This document shows positions 51,766 through 64,000 of a DNA stretch of 64,000 nucleotides, one piece after another. This DNA is from Moniliella sp. 'wahieum'. Its lineage: Eukaryota. The position numbers and the translations under genes were made by a program. Within the stretch, counting starts at the first letter, position 1; each line of letters opens with the position of its first letter. The notes beneath the pieces were generated by a model. That model searched no databases, was not told the DNA's origin, and saw only the letters and a list, made by a program, of their open reading frames with translations. The stretch is taken from assembly GCA_003971905.1 (NCBI GenBank), contig RSEE01000017.1, forward strand, positions 682,001 through 746,000, written 5' to 3'.

Positions 51766-52129
51766 ATGTCGGCGCTTCCACGCAATCAGAATGTGGCCGA
51801 GATGAAGCTCCGCCGTCTGACCGAAAACAATGCGCGGCTCCAAGACGAGCTGAGCCGGCGCCGGATCAAGGTATCCGAGGCCAGCGCATCGTACGTCCCC
51901 CCTGCCCCCCTGCCCCCCTGCCCCCCACCTACCCCACCTACCCCGCCTACCCGTGTTTGTGTTGGTGCGCCACGGGCACACGTTAACTAACTACCGCTTG
52001 TCCAGGCTGATCGAATACTGCCAAAAAACCCACGACCCGCTTGTTCCGTCGGTCTGGGGCCTACCCGATAAGAAGGACGATCCGTACGCGCCACAGCAGG
52101 CCGCAATGTGCGAGTGCACCATCATGTAA
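51766..52129 (+). CDS. Heterotrimeric G-protein gamma subunit
   Basis: [58 protein letters not shown] ending in a CAAX box; intron 51891-52005. Confidence 0.96.
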
Positions 52130-53191
52130 CCCTCTTCTTGGCGCACGGGAGGATCGGCCCAACAAAAGTACTCCCCCCTCCTCCCCTTTGCGTCCTGGTG
52201 CAAGATCTACCATCGATACCACCTTGCACCTCCCTGCGTCCATCAAGCCGCTGCTCTGCTTTGCACCTTGCCCTCTATACCTCCCCGCGCCCATGCTCAG
52301 GAATGGATTGCCCACTGGACTAGTTGACACCATCCCTTGTTGGTCCTGTTCCCTATCCTCCTTGAGGAGCACTATGCCCTGCTTTAGTTGCTCGTGACAA
52401 AGACTAGGGCGCAGCCTGAGCGCTCACCCTTTTCTACCTAGGCATAGTTGCCTGCCATTTCGCCCGTAGACCCCCCGGCCTGCCCGGTTGGGCCGGCTGA
52501 GAACCAGCAAGAGGAAGAGGAAAAGGCGAGTCGGAGCGAGTCGGTCATTGGTCCTTAGCGTGCATCATGATGTCCATTTTCAGCCATCACAGCTGACTGT
52601 TCTTGCAACCGCTGGTGGCCACGTCCGCTTTGCGGTGGAAGCTCCCACCACATATATACGAGAGACAGGATTGACGCAAGTATACTGGGCAGTGAGCGAG
52701 CAGCACAGTAACTATCCCCGTGTCGCTACTCTCTCAGACCCTGGCAGCGATACGTTCAGGGCAAGAGACGCGTCCACGCGTCTGCGGTGGCTTACGTTCA
52801 ATTGGGACTTGTTGGCTGTGGATCTGCACAAGGCCGGGGCCAGGCGTACTGGTTGGGAGGGCGAAGAAGCAGGGCCCGTGGAGCCATCTAGAGCCATATA
52901 ATTGGTGGTCTTGGAAACACTTTCGTTTGAGCCTTTGACCAGGTATCTCTCCGATTGCACCACGACCAGTAGCGGAGGAACCGCCGATAGGACTGCCGTT
53001 GGATACGAAGGGGTGCTGTGCCTTGGTGCGCGAGGATGCGATTCAGTTGGCCTTGGGCATGGCTCTATGGGGTTGGTAACGTGTACCTGGTATCGATTGG
53101 TCGGGGGAACAAGATAGGTGGGGGACCGACAGCAACAAGGGTGTACAAGAATGACCAAGGGAGAAGTTAGGAGAAAGGGCGAAGCGGGGGG

Positions 53192-53795
53192 CTAGTTCGA
53201 TCCCAATTGGGCTGCCAGCCAATCGAGGCCGTCCAAAACGCCTGACCCTGTAGTTGCGGACGAAGGTTGGATGTGACAGGAAACAGACAGGGTAGGCAGT
53301 GCGAGGGCGGAAGAGATCTCTGCTGGCGTCAGGGCCGCCGGCACATCCTGTTTGTTGGCAAACACCAGCACCGGTACCCCGGCCCCGACATCTTCCGCCA
53401 CAAGGTGATGCAGTTCTTCCCGTGCCAGCCCCATCCGAGCTTGGTCGGTCGCATCAACCACAAAGATCACGGCGCTCGCACCGGCCAGGTAGGCACCCCA
53501 CGAGGCGCGCAGGGACGTCTGGCCACCCACGTCAAACAGCGTGAAGCGAATGCCCTTGTACTCAAAGTCCTCCCTGCGATCCGATCGTAGGGGCAGTGGC
53601 TACGACCTGGCCCAAGGTCATGCGGTACATGAGCGTCGTCTTGCCGCATTGTCCAGACCGAGAATGCAGACTAAGAAGGGCTGGTCAGTCGGGGTGGCAA
53701 CGCAAGCCGAGGCGGGGGAGGGCGGGGACGGACTCACCCTTGAGATCTTTGGTGCCAAAGAGGGAGCTCCAGAGGGTGGAGAGCGCAATGCCCAT
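53192..53795 (-). CDS. ARL5: ARF-like small GTPase, ARL5-like
   Basis: MG myristoylation start, ILGLDNA(G)KTT, PTIGS, DVGGQTSLRASW, FANKQD, SSATTG; intron 53671-53737. Confidence 0.85.
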
Positions 53796-54154
53796 CGCGA
53801 GGAGAAGACGCAGCGCAGCTCCCACGATCGGTCGGAGTCAGCAGCGTTGGGCTGCCCAGGCGCGGCGCTGGCGCAGAGACAGACAGCCGAGGCGAGCCCG
53901 ACGCCAGATCTACCAGCCTGTGTCGGGTGCTTGCGCCGCGCAGCGTCCCAGGGCGCATGCGGCGGTGCGGGGCGATTAGGTAACGCTGCCAGGCCGCGGA
54001 TCGCGCGACCCAACTTGAAGCTTGAAGCTTGATCGTTGAACATCGGCTGGAGTTCAGGACAGGTTGCTATGGTTGCTGCTGTGGTGTGGATATAGGCGCA
54101 TGGGCTTGGCTTGCCTGTGCCATTCGCATTCTTCTGCGTTCTTTGCCCCCACGC

Positions 54155-55172
54155 TCAGCGCAGAACAAAGCCTGGGAAAAGCGGCGCGTGCGGGTCCAAG
54201 TAGAACCGCATCTGTCCCACCAGGTGCGCCGTTCCTTTGACACACGGTACCACCCCCCGTTTCCCCCGCGTCCCCCTTTCCCCCGCTTCCACCCACGCCT
54301 CAAACGTCGAGCCCACCACCGAGGTATGCACCAACCTCCCCCCCGTCCGGAGCCGGCCTTGCGCCACCAGCTGCGCCACGCGCGCCGACGTGCCCGACCC
54401 ACACGGCGACCGGTCCACCTGGCCATCAGCAAAGATGACCACATTCGTCTGCCGTACTACGCCCGTTGCCTCGGCCGGGTCCGAGTGGTCGTCGACAAAG
54501 ATCGTGCCGTACACCTCTTCCTCTCGTAAGGTCCGTAGGGCCGCCTTGATCTCCCGTCCTCGCTCGATGGCAGTCCACGCCGGCCGGGGTAAGCTGCACA
54601 CCTGCCTCGCCTGCCGCACACACCGCATACACCCCCCCCCGTAGGCCAGGTCGACGGTGAGCTGGTGCGGGGCCGAAGGGAGGTCGAGGGGCAGATGCCA
54701 TGCGATGGGTACGAAGAAGGCACATTGACAAACTCGGCCTCTGTTGCTTGGCCCGCCTCTACACGTACCCGTGCCACCACCCGACCTGACGGCACATCAA
54801 TCGTCACGTCCGTCCTGCCTTCCTCGACGGCCACTTTACCGTGCCGCACCGCCCACAACCCAGTGCGATCGTCCCGTGGCCACAGGCGGTGAGAGAACCC
54901 ATCTTTGTGGAAGAAGAGCACGCCAGATCCGCCCCTGCCGCGGGGGGTACCAGGAACCCACCGTACATGTCAGCATGGCCACAGGGTTCGTGGGCCAACG
55001 CTTGCCGCAGCGTATCCAGCGGATGGTGGTCCGCCATTGGTTTTTCGTCGTTCGGCTACCGTCGTCCCAGCCGGCACTGCCCAGGACGGCAAGTCGGCCA
55101 CCACACGGAACGGCTCTCCCCCGTATGCCAGTCTTCCGTTTCGATCCAAAAGGGCTGAGTGGGGAACGACAT
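54155..55172 (-). CDS. Proline racemase / hydroxyproline epimerase family protein
   Basis: WIETEDWHTG(G)EPFR, EPCGHADMYGG, HKDGFS(T)ACGHGTIALG, DVPSG, NVPS, DLAYGG, DRSPCGSGTSAR; no intron seen. Confidence 0.92.
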
Positions 55173-55815
55173 GGTGGTGCCAAAGCAAGGATGGTCGATG
55201 GAGCTTGAAGAGCTTGAAGGCAATGCCCCACCCCATTACCTCATTCTACGCCCTGGCCCGCTTTATACCGGTTCCTGTCTCGCTCCCTCCTTCGCGGCAA
55301 TTTACCCGCCTTGCAAACCAGAGTGCCCGTAAGTGGGCCGTGCTAGGCTGTGCTGCTCAGCCGCCTAAGGCCGAAGGCCTAATCAATTCTCTCTAATCGA
55401 CTAATCCCCACTCAATTTTTAATGCAGAAAGTCTACCGCAGGCGGGCCGTGCTCAATATTGATAGCGAACCAATGAACTCAACAACACCGCGTTAAACGT
55501 TGAACGTCCTTCGGAACTGACATCTGGCGCGTCTGACGTCTGCCGCTTTCTGTCCAACAGCCGGGGGCATTGCTATTGGCTCATTTCATCGATGAATTCC
55601 AGTTCATCCGACGCTCCCTAGCCCACGACCAAACCAGCTGGATTCGCTCCAGCCCAGCCAGACGCAACGGCAGCCAGACGGGTAGAATACATTGAGCCAT
55701 ACACTGCCAAGTGTCAACGCGGGGGAGGAAAGAGAAGGGAAATGAGAAGACGCGAGGGGGGGGGGGAGGAGGATACAGGGAGAGCACACGGCTCCGGCTC
55801 GACTGGCCTACTAAA

Positions 55816-55900
55816 AGCTGAGAGCAGAGAGCAGAGAGCAGAGAGCTAGAGTTGAGCGCTGAGAGTTAAGAGTTAAGAGTTCAGAGTTGAGAGCTGAGAT
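55816..55900. repeat. Degenerate 7-bp tandem repeat (GAGAGCA / GAGTTAA)
   Basis: GAGAGCA x3-4, then GAGTTAA/GAGTTCA/GAGTTGA units just 3' of the LAMMER kinase. Confidence 0.8.
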
Positions 55901-55954
55901 TGCAGATGATACAAACGGCCAGGGGAGACGTATCCCTCTTTGCGGGTCGCCCGG

Positions 55955-57881
55955 TCAGGGGGGGAACTCGTTGGCGCTTAGGTCAAAGTAAGGGTGCCGA
56001 AGCGCATCGTGCACCGTGATCCGCTTGGCGGGTCGTACTCGAGCAGACGACGGGAAGATGAAGGAAGCGGATGTTGTGTTTATGGTACGCGCCTGGGTAA
56101 GTGAGCGCGGTCACGATTTTCTTCATCGCGCACGTAGCGTTGAGAGTTACGGGACGTTTGGTTGGGGAAGTGAAGGCGACCGTGGCGGAACCACTCGGGC
56201 TTGGACCGTTCGGCGCGCAGACGAAAAGGTTCGGGCATAGGACCTAGCACAGCTTCCATCATAGCCAAGTGTTCGAGGTTGTCGTGCGTCTGGAACAGCG
56301 CATCGCCCGTGTGGAACTCGATGAGAATGCACCCAATGCTCCATGCGTCGCAGGGGAACGACCAGCCCATGCCCAGCATGATCTCTGGAGCGCGGTAGTG
56401 CCGCGTTGAGACCACGGCCGAATGGTACTCGTCGTTAAACGTTGCCGAACCAAAATCAATCAGGCGAAGAGCAGTGTTCTTGAGGATCTTCCACCGCTTC
56501 GAGTTGGCAGTGCGGGAAGAATACGGCTTGGTGACAAAATCCGCATCCTCAAGAAGAATGTTTTCAGGCTTAAGGTCCGTGTGGACAAGTTGAAGCGAAT
56601 GAAGGAAAGCGACACTCTTGAGCAGTTGTTTGGCAAAACTCCAAATGTGGGTCGAAGGGAACGGATGAAACTCGTTCTCCTTTAAAAAGTCAAACACGGA
56701 TTTGGACAGCAACTCGGAAACGATGCAAACATGATTCTTGTAGTGAACGTCGAGACGAGGTGGATGCATCGATTTTCGTTGCGTGGATCGTGCTCGCGCA
56801 ACGTCCGCAACACACGGATCTCAATCTGCGACGCATCGCGGTACTTTTGAACGGCGCGGATCACCTTGATTGCCACCCGGGTCCGTTGCGTTCGGTCAAA
56901 ACACTCCACCACCTTGCCAAACGTACCCTGCCCCAGCTGAGATAAAATCTTGAACCGAGGCGTGATACTGTCGCCCAGACGAACAATAAAGTGGCCCTCT
57001 TCATCGTCTACCGGCAGACCCGTCTTGGGAGGCGAAGGGACATCCGGGGAGAGAACATTCTACCTTGCAAGTCAGTTTCAGCAGCCCAGAGGGAGGGGGG
57101 AGTGCAACGTACCGAAGAAGAAGCAATGGCTTGATCCGGCCGCGGGCGGGTATGATGGGCCGACACAGCACCGCGGGTGGAAGTGGTAGCCGGGACGGGA
57201 GGGATAGGGTAGGAAGAGGTGACGGAGGGTAAGGAAGAGATGGAGTTGGGCGCATTGGCATGGACGTGTGCACGGGTGGTACGAGCAATCTTGTTTTGCG
57301 TATCGACATCGCCCGCGCTTGCGCTTGGCACTGGTACTCACACTCACACTCGCTTGCGAGAAGGAGGGATCGTCCATTCGCGCCGCACCTACTCCCGTGC
57401 GCAGCGTTCCCGGGCGACGAGAGGGAGCAGAGGGGGCAGAGGGAACAGAGGGAACAGAGGGGGGAGGAGGATGTTGAGCAGCCACACGAGACCGCTTGGT
57501 CGCGGGCGGAGCGTCGTCCTCCGCTGCGCGTTTGCGCGCACGCGTCCGTGGCTCCCGAGGAGATGTGAAAGTGGCGGGGTCATACCGCGTTACCCGTGTC
57601 CGCGTCGAGCGCCGTGGTCCGACCGGCACAGCGGGGTCCGCAACCGCAGCTGGCGGAGGTTGAAACCCAGCGTCCTCAGTGCCCAGGAGGCGGGAAGGGG
57701 GCGCATCGGAATCGGCCCCATGGGGACCAGGACCGGCCTGGGAAAGCGCAGAAGAAGCATGGGCATCCTCGTCGCTGTCGAGGCAAATGACCGACTGGTC
57801 TCGGCCGTTGATGTTTTCCCGAACACTGCGTGTCGGGTGCGCAGCGGGTGCGTGGGCGCGTTGCGTAGAGGGGGTAGCCAT
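55955..57881 (-). CDS. LAMMER dual-specificity kinase (Lkh1/Kns1/CLK family)
   Basis: GQGTFGKV, VAIKVIRAVQKYRDAS, HTDLKPENIL, IDFGSA, STRHYRAPE, EHLAMMEAVLG. Confidence 0.97.
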
Positions 57882-58019
57882 GAGTGGCAAAGGGAAGGGA
57901 AGGTGAGGGCGACGGCAGGGGGGTTGCAGCGAGATGGGAGGTGAGGGGTGGCACAGCGCAAGGGCAAATGCCACACGTACCCGAGCGGGAGAGCGAGGGT
58001 GAGGGAGAAGACGAGGAGA

Positions 58020-58131
58020 AGGGCGGGGATGAAGCCGAGGGCGGGGACGGGGGCGAGGACGGGGGCGAGGGCGAGGACGAGGGCCAAGACGAGGGCGAAG
58101 GCAAAGGCAAAGGCAAAGGCAACGGCAAAGC
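58020..58131. repeat. Hexamer repeats (GGCGAG / GGCAAA) in the LAMMER kinase 5' region
   Basis: Direct reading. Confidence 0.75.
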
Positions 58132-59204
58132 TCAGCCTACCCAAGCCAATGTGCCCCAGCGAAGCCAAAGGGGCAGCAGGCGGAGTAGCAGCAGGCTTCT
58201 GGCCCTCGTGCTCGGCCGACGGAGGATATAGGACGGCGGCAGACTGCTGCTGTGCCCCCGCCTGCTCTGCTGCTTACCTCATCCGTCTCGTCATTGGCAG
58301 CGGCCCAATGAAATCGGAGCTGCGAACATTGAACATTGCACATTGCACATTGCACATTGAACCTTTGGTGCCTGAATTGAATTCACTTCTTTCCTAGATC
58401 GACTCTGGCTGGCTCTTCCACAGTAGAACACCGCCAAGGTTACGATTGTGGCTCTAGTCGCAGTGTGCCCATTTGTTGTTCAGGTGGGTATTATACCGAC
58501 GTCTATAGGCGCATCAGCCAAAGCGACAATGAAAAGGAATCATAGAATTGTCATGTCAAGAAGCAAACACAGGTGCCCTCTCGAGACCTGGAACGCTTCT
58601 CTTCATTGACTTGAACATGGAAACTGATGGTGAGAATGGGGAATGGTGTTGAAAAGCAGGTATTGAAACAATGACTACAAAACGTAAGTTGCGACACAGG
58701 ACGATCTCCCTGTCCTTTATTCACCGGAATGAATAGACAGGGAGGGAATACACGGTGGGCTGAGAACGAAAAAAGGAAAAACGAGAGCGAATGTGGATGG
58801 ATGCTTAAACGGGAGTGAATGAGTGGATGCTTGAGTGGAATGTGAGTGAAAAAGGGAACCGGAAAAGGATAAAAAGACTGGCACATAGGCCAACAATCAC
58901 CCTGGGAGTGCAGGGTGTATGTATATACGTGTTCGAGATATCAACAGGACATTGAATCCGTCAAGCTCTTGCCGAGAAGAGAAAGAAAGCGACACAACGG
59001 TCATGATTCTTCTTTTTGATTTTTCTTTTAGGCGATGGCTCAGGGGAAGAGAGAACAGGTGATTGACAACACGATCACGGATGTTGGGAATGCAAACTGC
59101 TGGCCGAAAAAGAAGCCTCGCAGACGTGCACTTCTTCCAACATTGTACCGTGGCTCCGACAACGCTTCTACGCCTGCTCCCCAATCTCCACTCCAGTCTC
59201 TTCT

Positions 59205-62200
59205 TCAAGCCCCTCTGCTCCTCTTGCTCCACTTGAGCAGTCGTTTGACACCCTTCTTGGGCCCCTTCATCCCCCTCCTCTTCAGCCGTCCGGTCGATCG
59301 ACAGATTTTCAAACCCTCCACACCCTCATCCGCACCTTGACCACCGCCCTCTTCCGGCGCCTGTTCACCCTCTTGCTCATCCGCTTGCTCTCTTCTGGCA
59401 CGGGCTTCCTGATCCGAAGGGGTATCGGGCGACCAACGCGACGCGTTTCTGTCGGGGAGTAACGCGCATTCTTCCGTGGTGGGAATCCTGCGACGCATTG
59501 CTAGTGAAAGCCACTCCACCATGTTCCTGCGTTGGATCTCCTGGGTGCGCAGCTGAGCGGTAGCCACGGGGTCTCCGGACACCTGCAGCTGCCCCGGGGC
59601 AAGGGTGGATCGAAAGGGTGGGGGAAACGATCGGAGGAGGGTGCTGAAATACTTGTTGAGCTGGATTGGGGTTCAGCGTCGGGAGACCACGCGGATCAGG
59701 ACGAGATGTCGGTGCCATGGTCGTCGGGGCGAGGGAGGGGAGGCACGTAGAAGTAGAGCCAGTTGGATTCGGATTCCGATTCCGAGTCGGGTTAGGATTA
59801 GACGACGTGGGAGTGGGAGTGTTGCGAGGGATGGACGGAATGCGCTCTCGGCCTTGCGGCGGGGAAGAAGAAGAGGTGGCCAAGATGGGCCCGGGTGGGT
59901 TTTGGGTGGTAACAGGGCGAGCCCGATTGGCAAGGTGTGGACTGATAGGCGGTACACCTGCTCTAAGTTCGTCGGGGGCATCAGGGCCGTACATCCTGAC
60001 AAGCGAAGCCCATACATTGCGCATCCAAACCACACGGCGCCTCTCGGCTAGATTGGTAATCATGAGTTGATACAACTCTTCCCACGCTTGCGACGGAGAG
60101 GGTGCTCTTTCCACTCCCCCGGGGGGGACCATGCTAGACGTCGGTCTCGCACCAAACGAGTCCAGGAATCCAGGATCGGGGTTGAATGAGGGACTGGAAC
60201 GAGTGCCGGAGTCTGACATGGTAGATTGGTGGGCGGTTGGAAAGGGGTGCGGGCCCGGATCAGCTTCGGTACTCCCACCTGGTGGAAGAACAAATGCCTC
60301 ATTAGGGTTTGCGGTAATTTCTTCATCGCCACCGAACTCTCTGGGACGCTGAGGAGTTTCGCGCAAGGGTTCAAGGGGTTGCCCACTCGGGCTCGACCGT
60401 TCTTCCTGCCCCTCTTGGATGGGTTCAATCATAAAAGTACGTTGTGCGGACGCTGGAGCTGTGAAGGGCCCCGTCTCGCCACTCCCGGACGGTGGGCTTT
60501 GAACGTTTGTCTCGTATGATAATCGATCTGATCCAGGCCTACTACTGGGCCTTGGCAGTGTTCCTTCCTGGCGCAAGGGCGCAAGAGGGGGTGACTCGTC
60601 ATCACCGAACTCATCGGGTCCCCTTCGACAGGAGGGAAACCGGAAAGTGACGAAGACGGACCTTGCACACGTGGTAATGGTTCTGGGGGTAATACCGGCA
60701 CGAGACTTGGCTCCAGGAACTCTGGAGATACTCCCGGAGTTGGACTTGGATCGAGTACGTCCGTAGGCACTGGGGGCGGGACGTATTGGCTCGAGCAGAC
60801 CTGGGGATGGTGTCGGTTCGGGACGTGTTGGCCGGAGTACGCCAGTGGGCACTGGCGGGGCAGGCCGTGATGGCTCGAGTACACCAGGGGATACTATTGA
60901 GGCGAGAATTATTGGTTCGAGTTGCAGACTTGGCTCCAGTACTGGGGGGGATGCGCCGACCGTCTGGCCAGCCATGGGGAACAAAATATGCCCCTCTTGG
61001 TCGTGGTTTGGGTTTGGGGCTGTGTCCGCGGGGCATGTTCCCATCTAAAGGAGAGGGGCGGTGCTTCTTGCTGCAACCCGGGTACGAAGTCCCGCAGGCC
61101 TTCCATACCCTCTGGTATATGGGGTGCCGATCCCATCGGCTCGTTCGGGTTGTGGATCGGAGAAGAGACCCGGGGCGGTAAAGTGCCAAGCACTCGACGC
61201 TCACGCGAAGCGTATCGGATTCTGTCCCTAACACGGTGGAGCATGCCGGTGGTCCACGTACCGAGCGACCCAAAGTGACGATGTCGGTTGGGATGGTCCA
61301 CTTGGGTCTCGGGTGCGGGTTGGTCACTGCCCTGTTGGGGCAGGGTGGAATCTCTTTCTGGGTTTTTGTCTCCACGATGAAAAGGACTGGTGTGATGTCC
61401 GAGTCGCGGCCATGGGAAAAAGGGTGCCCGCCCCGTTCCCGGTGACGAGGGGGGGAGTCAGAGCACTTGATGAACCCGAACGCGGGTGAAGAGTAACTCT
61501 CACTTGCGGGCGCGGGTGAGGGACGGGCACGGGGCCGGCACTAATGGTTTGCCCCGCTTCTCCAGGGTGGGGAGCAGCCTGCGTGACCGAACCAGTATCG
61601 TCGCTTGGTGGCTCCTCCTCCTCATCACTTGGTGGTCCTCCTCCTCATCACTTTCTTCCCCATCGTCCGCCGCCGCCGCCGCCACCACCTCTAACCCGTG
61701 ACCGAGGACTTCGTGGTCACCGTCGCCGCCGCCTTCTGCTCCTTCGTGATCACTTTCCTCCCCCTCTTCCACCTCGGCCTCTTGAAGGGAGGGAAGCACA
61801 TCGGCTCCAAGCCTTGAACGCGCCCGCATGCGTGTTGCGGCTATTTGCCGCCGAATCTGATGCGCACGTTGTCTGAGTATTTCTTCTGGATCCGTCAAGA
61901 TGGTTCGAGGAGGAACGTGCCTTCGATCCGGACGCCGCGACGATAATGGGAAAGGGTTGGGCGCGTGAAGCACCGGTGGGTTGCCTTGGCTCAAAGCGAC
62001 AAAGGTGGGTTCAGGGCGATTGGCTCTTGCAGGTCGCTGGGGGTTGGGGGGGGTTTGTCTTGTTGTGACCATTCCTACCCTTAAGGCTACGTTCCGAGCG
62101 GTGCTACGCAATGCGTGTCTATCACCTGCAGAGTCAAACGCAGTGTGCAAGCTGAGCCACGGAATGATGGAGAGGGGTGGTAGGAGGGGTGAGGCCGGCA

Positions 62201-63261
62201 TTGGGAAGGCGAGAATAGAGGAGAAGGTCTCGCCCACCAGATCGACCGGTATATTGTACCAGCTGGGTGGGGAGGGATCCACCCCCCTCAGTAGAGGGAC
62301 TGTACGGGTCCTAAATAACCCGCGTCATCGAAATAGAGCCGGTTCGCCGATGAGCCGGGTACGGGGAAGACTGAAAGGAGCCGGGGGGGGAGAAAATATC
62401 TGTCCAAAGTATACGAAAGAGACACAGGATGGTCTGGACCAGCCAACAGAAGCAGGATTGGAATTGTGTCGGTCTGGCGACGGTTGGTACGTCACCAACA
62501 TTTGTGGCACGGCTGTTCCTCGCCAAGACAAGTACTGTACATTCCACTCCGTCAGGATCGGGACCTCTGTTACCTCAGTCAGGCGAAGCAAGAGGGTCAC
62601 TGTGGCGGGAACAGCAACATGAACGAATGGGATGCCTGGTAGGTGGATAATGTAGACCACTTTTTGGTGCACTCGCACAGTTATTCTACCAACCACAAAA
62701 CAGAGCAACATCCATAACAAAACAGTCAGGCACGTGCGCTGAAGAACTGGGGATGCGAAGAGCTTCATACCTGCGGTTTCCCTGACGAAGTTCATGAACC
62801 ATGGAGAGGCGTATGTCTTCCACGTTGGAGGGTTGGGAATAAACAATAAAGGTGCGAACCGTGAGAAAGAAGCCGAGCAGGGAGCTGATTCCTGGGAAGC
62901 GGTGCATCGGGGTATGAAAGACAACCCGCCCAGTATTTCTGACAACGGTAGCAGGACGGTCCCGCCCCATCGGATCGTCAGGGATGCCACCAGGAGTTGC
63001 AGCAGCAGCAGCAGCTTGGGCACCAACATTACCATTGTTATCATCAGGAAGGGATGCCGAAAGGATATATTCGCCTTGGGGGTTGACGGGGATATAGACG
63101 AAAAAACGATGGTTCGTGTCAAGGGCTATCCGCCAAAGGTGGGCTGGGATTCGGCGGCGCCGGTGGATGAGACCCTGTTGAGCTGGTAGTGGTTGCGGTG
63201 GGAATGCGTCTGGCAGTGTGCGCGAATCGATAGTGTGCGGGTGAGAAGGAGTGTGGCTCAT
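59205..63261 (-). CDS. Large orphan coding region (frameshifted chain of ORFs), function unknown
   Basis: Consecutive, overlapping long minus-strand ORFs (333, 265, 260, 254, 555 and 125 aa) with a pyrimidine-rich leader before MSHTPSHP; no recognised domain. Confidence 0.45.
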
Positions 63262-64000
63262 GGCGCAGGGAGGGGAGGGGGGGTAGCTGATGTGGGACGT
63301 AGGAATGGAGAGGGCGTGAGGGGGGGGGGCGAAGTACAGATGAGATGGTGGCGGCTGCGTAGAGAGCAGGTCGAGAGAGCGGACGCAAGTAGCGCATGCT
63401 GTGTATAGCTCAACGGGGCTGCGCACACGATACCGATAGAAGCGTACGCGCGGCACAAAGGGCGGTGCTTCTTCGGCTGTCAGAGAGAGCACACGGGCTG
63501 CATCCCACTGAGTTGGAGTGCATCGATTCGAATGTGCCTCGCTTAGCCCCAACCAGACCCAGGATGCCTCCCGACAGCCTCGCTTGCAGGTGACAACGGA
63601 TGGCATCAATGCTATCATAATGTTCTCTCCGTAGGCGGCACTGTGGTCTGAGGGGCCCGACAAAAAGCTGTGATTCTCCAGTGGCACTATATATGACGGC
63701 TATAAGCGCAGTACTCTTGCAGATACCGCGTGCCTTATATTATTTCTGCAAGTTCTCTTGCAGCGCGCTTACCTTTGCTTCCGTCTTGCAGCCATCACCA
63801 GGTATGGGGAAGATGGAGGCCAACACAAAATGCTGAAGAATGCGTGCTAGTAGCGCAGCGTAGTAGATATGGCCAGGGCGAGATGGCTGGACAGCATGAG
63901 ACGCCATCACAGACGGAGGCCTATGACGTACCCATGGCTAAGCGCTAATGGGATCCACCAGGCCAGAGGGGAGGACTGGCTACGTAACGCGGCAGTGGGG

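Noticed and set aside
52488..53158. Possible small gene between G-gamma and ARL5
   Set aside because: Fragmented ORFs with no recognisable domain; insufficient support.
3186..57881. Multiple frameshifts in GWT1, RET2, GRC3, ARL5, asparaginase and others, read as pseudogenisation or programmed frameshifting
   Set aside because: They affect many unrelated, normally essential genes as single-base indels while motifs stay intact, which is typical of uncorrected long-read error. Read polishing would settle it.
1..64000. CRISPR array or prokaryotic defence system suggested by the palindromic repeats
   Set aside because: The DNA is eukaryotic and intron-containing; the repeats are short 7-mers without unique spacers, and no cas-like ORFs were seen.

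Overview
Gene-dense, GC-rich eukaryotic DNA from a fungus. Short GT-AG introns with CTRAY branch points and the protein styles suggest a basidiomycete, possibly a smut- or yeast-like lineage (inference). About 20 protein-coding loci were recognised by motif: two A1 aspartic proteases, a SmgDS/RAP1GDS1-like ARM protein, glutaredoxin, GWT1, a GH128 glucanase, RPL20, delta-COP, asparaginase-ankyrin, a DUF4048-like protein, an SMP-30 lactonase, a DPBB/RlpA-like secreted protein, RPS25, SNG1/DUF3533, CENP-N/Chl4, Grc3/Nol9, a CitE/CLYBL-like lyase, G-protein gamma, ARL5, a proline racemase and a LAMMER kinase. Most conserved genes carry scattered 1-nt frameshifts, most simply explained by an unpolished long-read assembly, so gene boundaries are approximate. 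Main observations: (1) a pervasive intergenic 7-bp grammar, (T-N-A + palindromic 4-mer)n, in which the core changes while staying palindromic and in register; (2) a stand-alone, apparently intron-containing gene with a Ty3/gypsy Gag capsid-like pattern and no visible pol or LTRs (candidate domesticated capsid); (3) a ~4 kb orphan coding region at the right end; (4) a 4-nt micro-exon and an intron-split start codon. All calls come from reading the sequence; no database searches were run.
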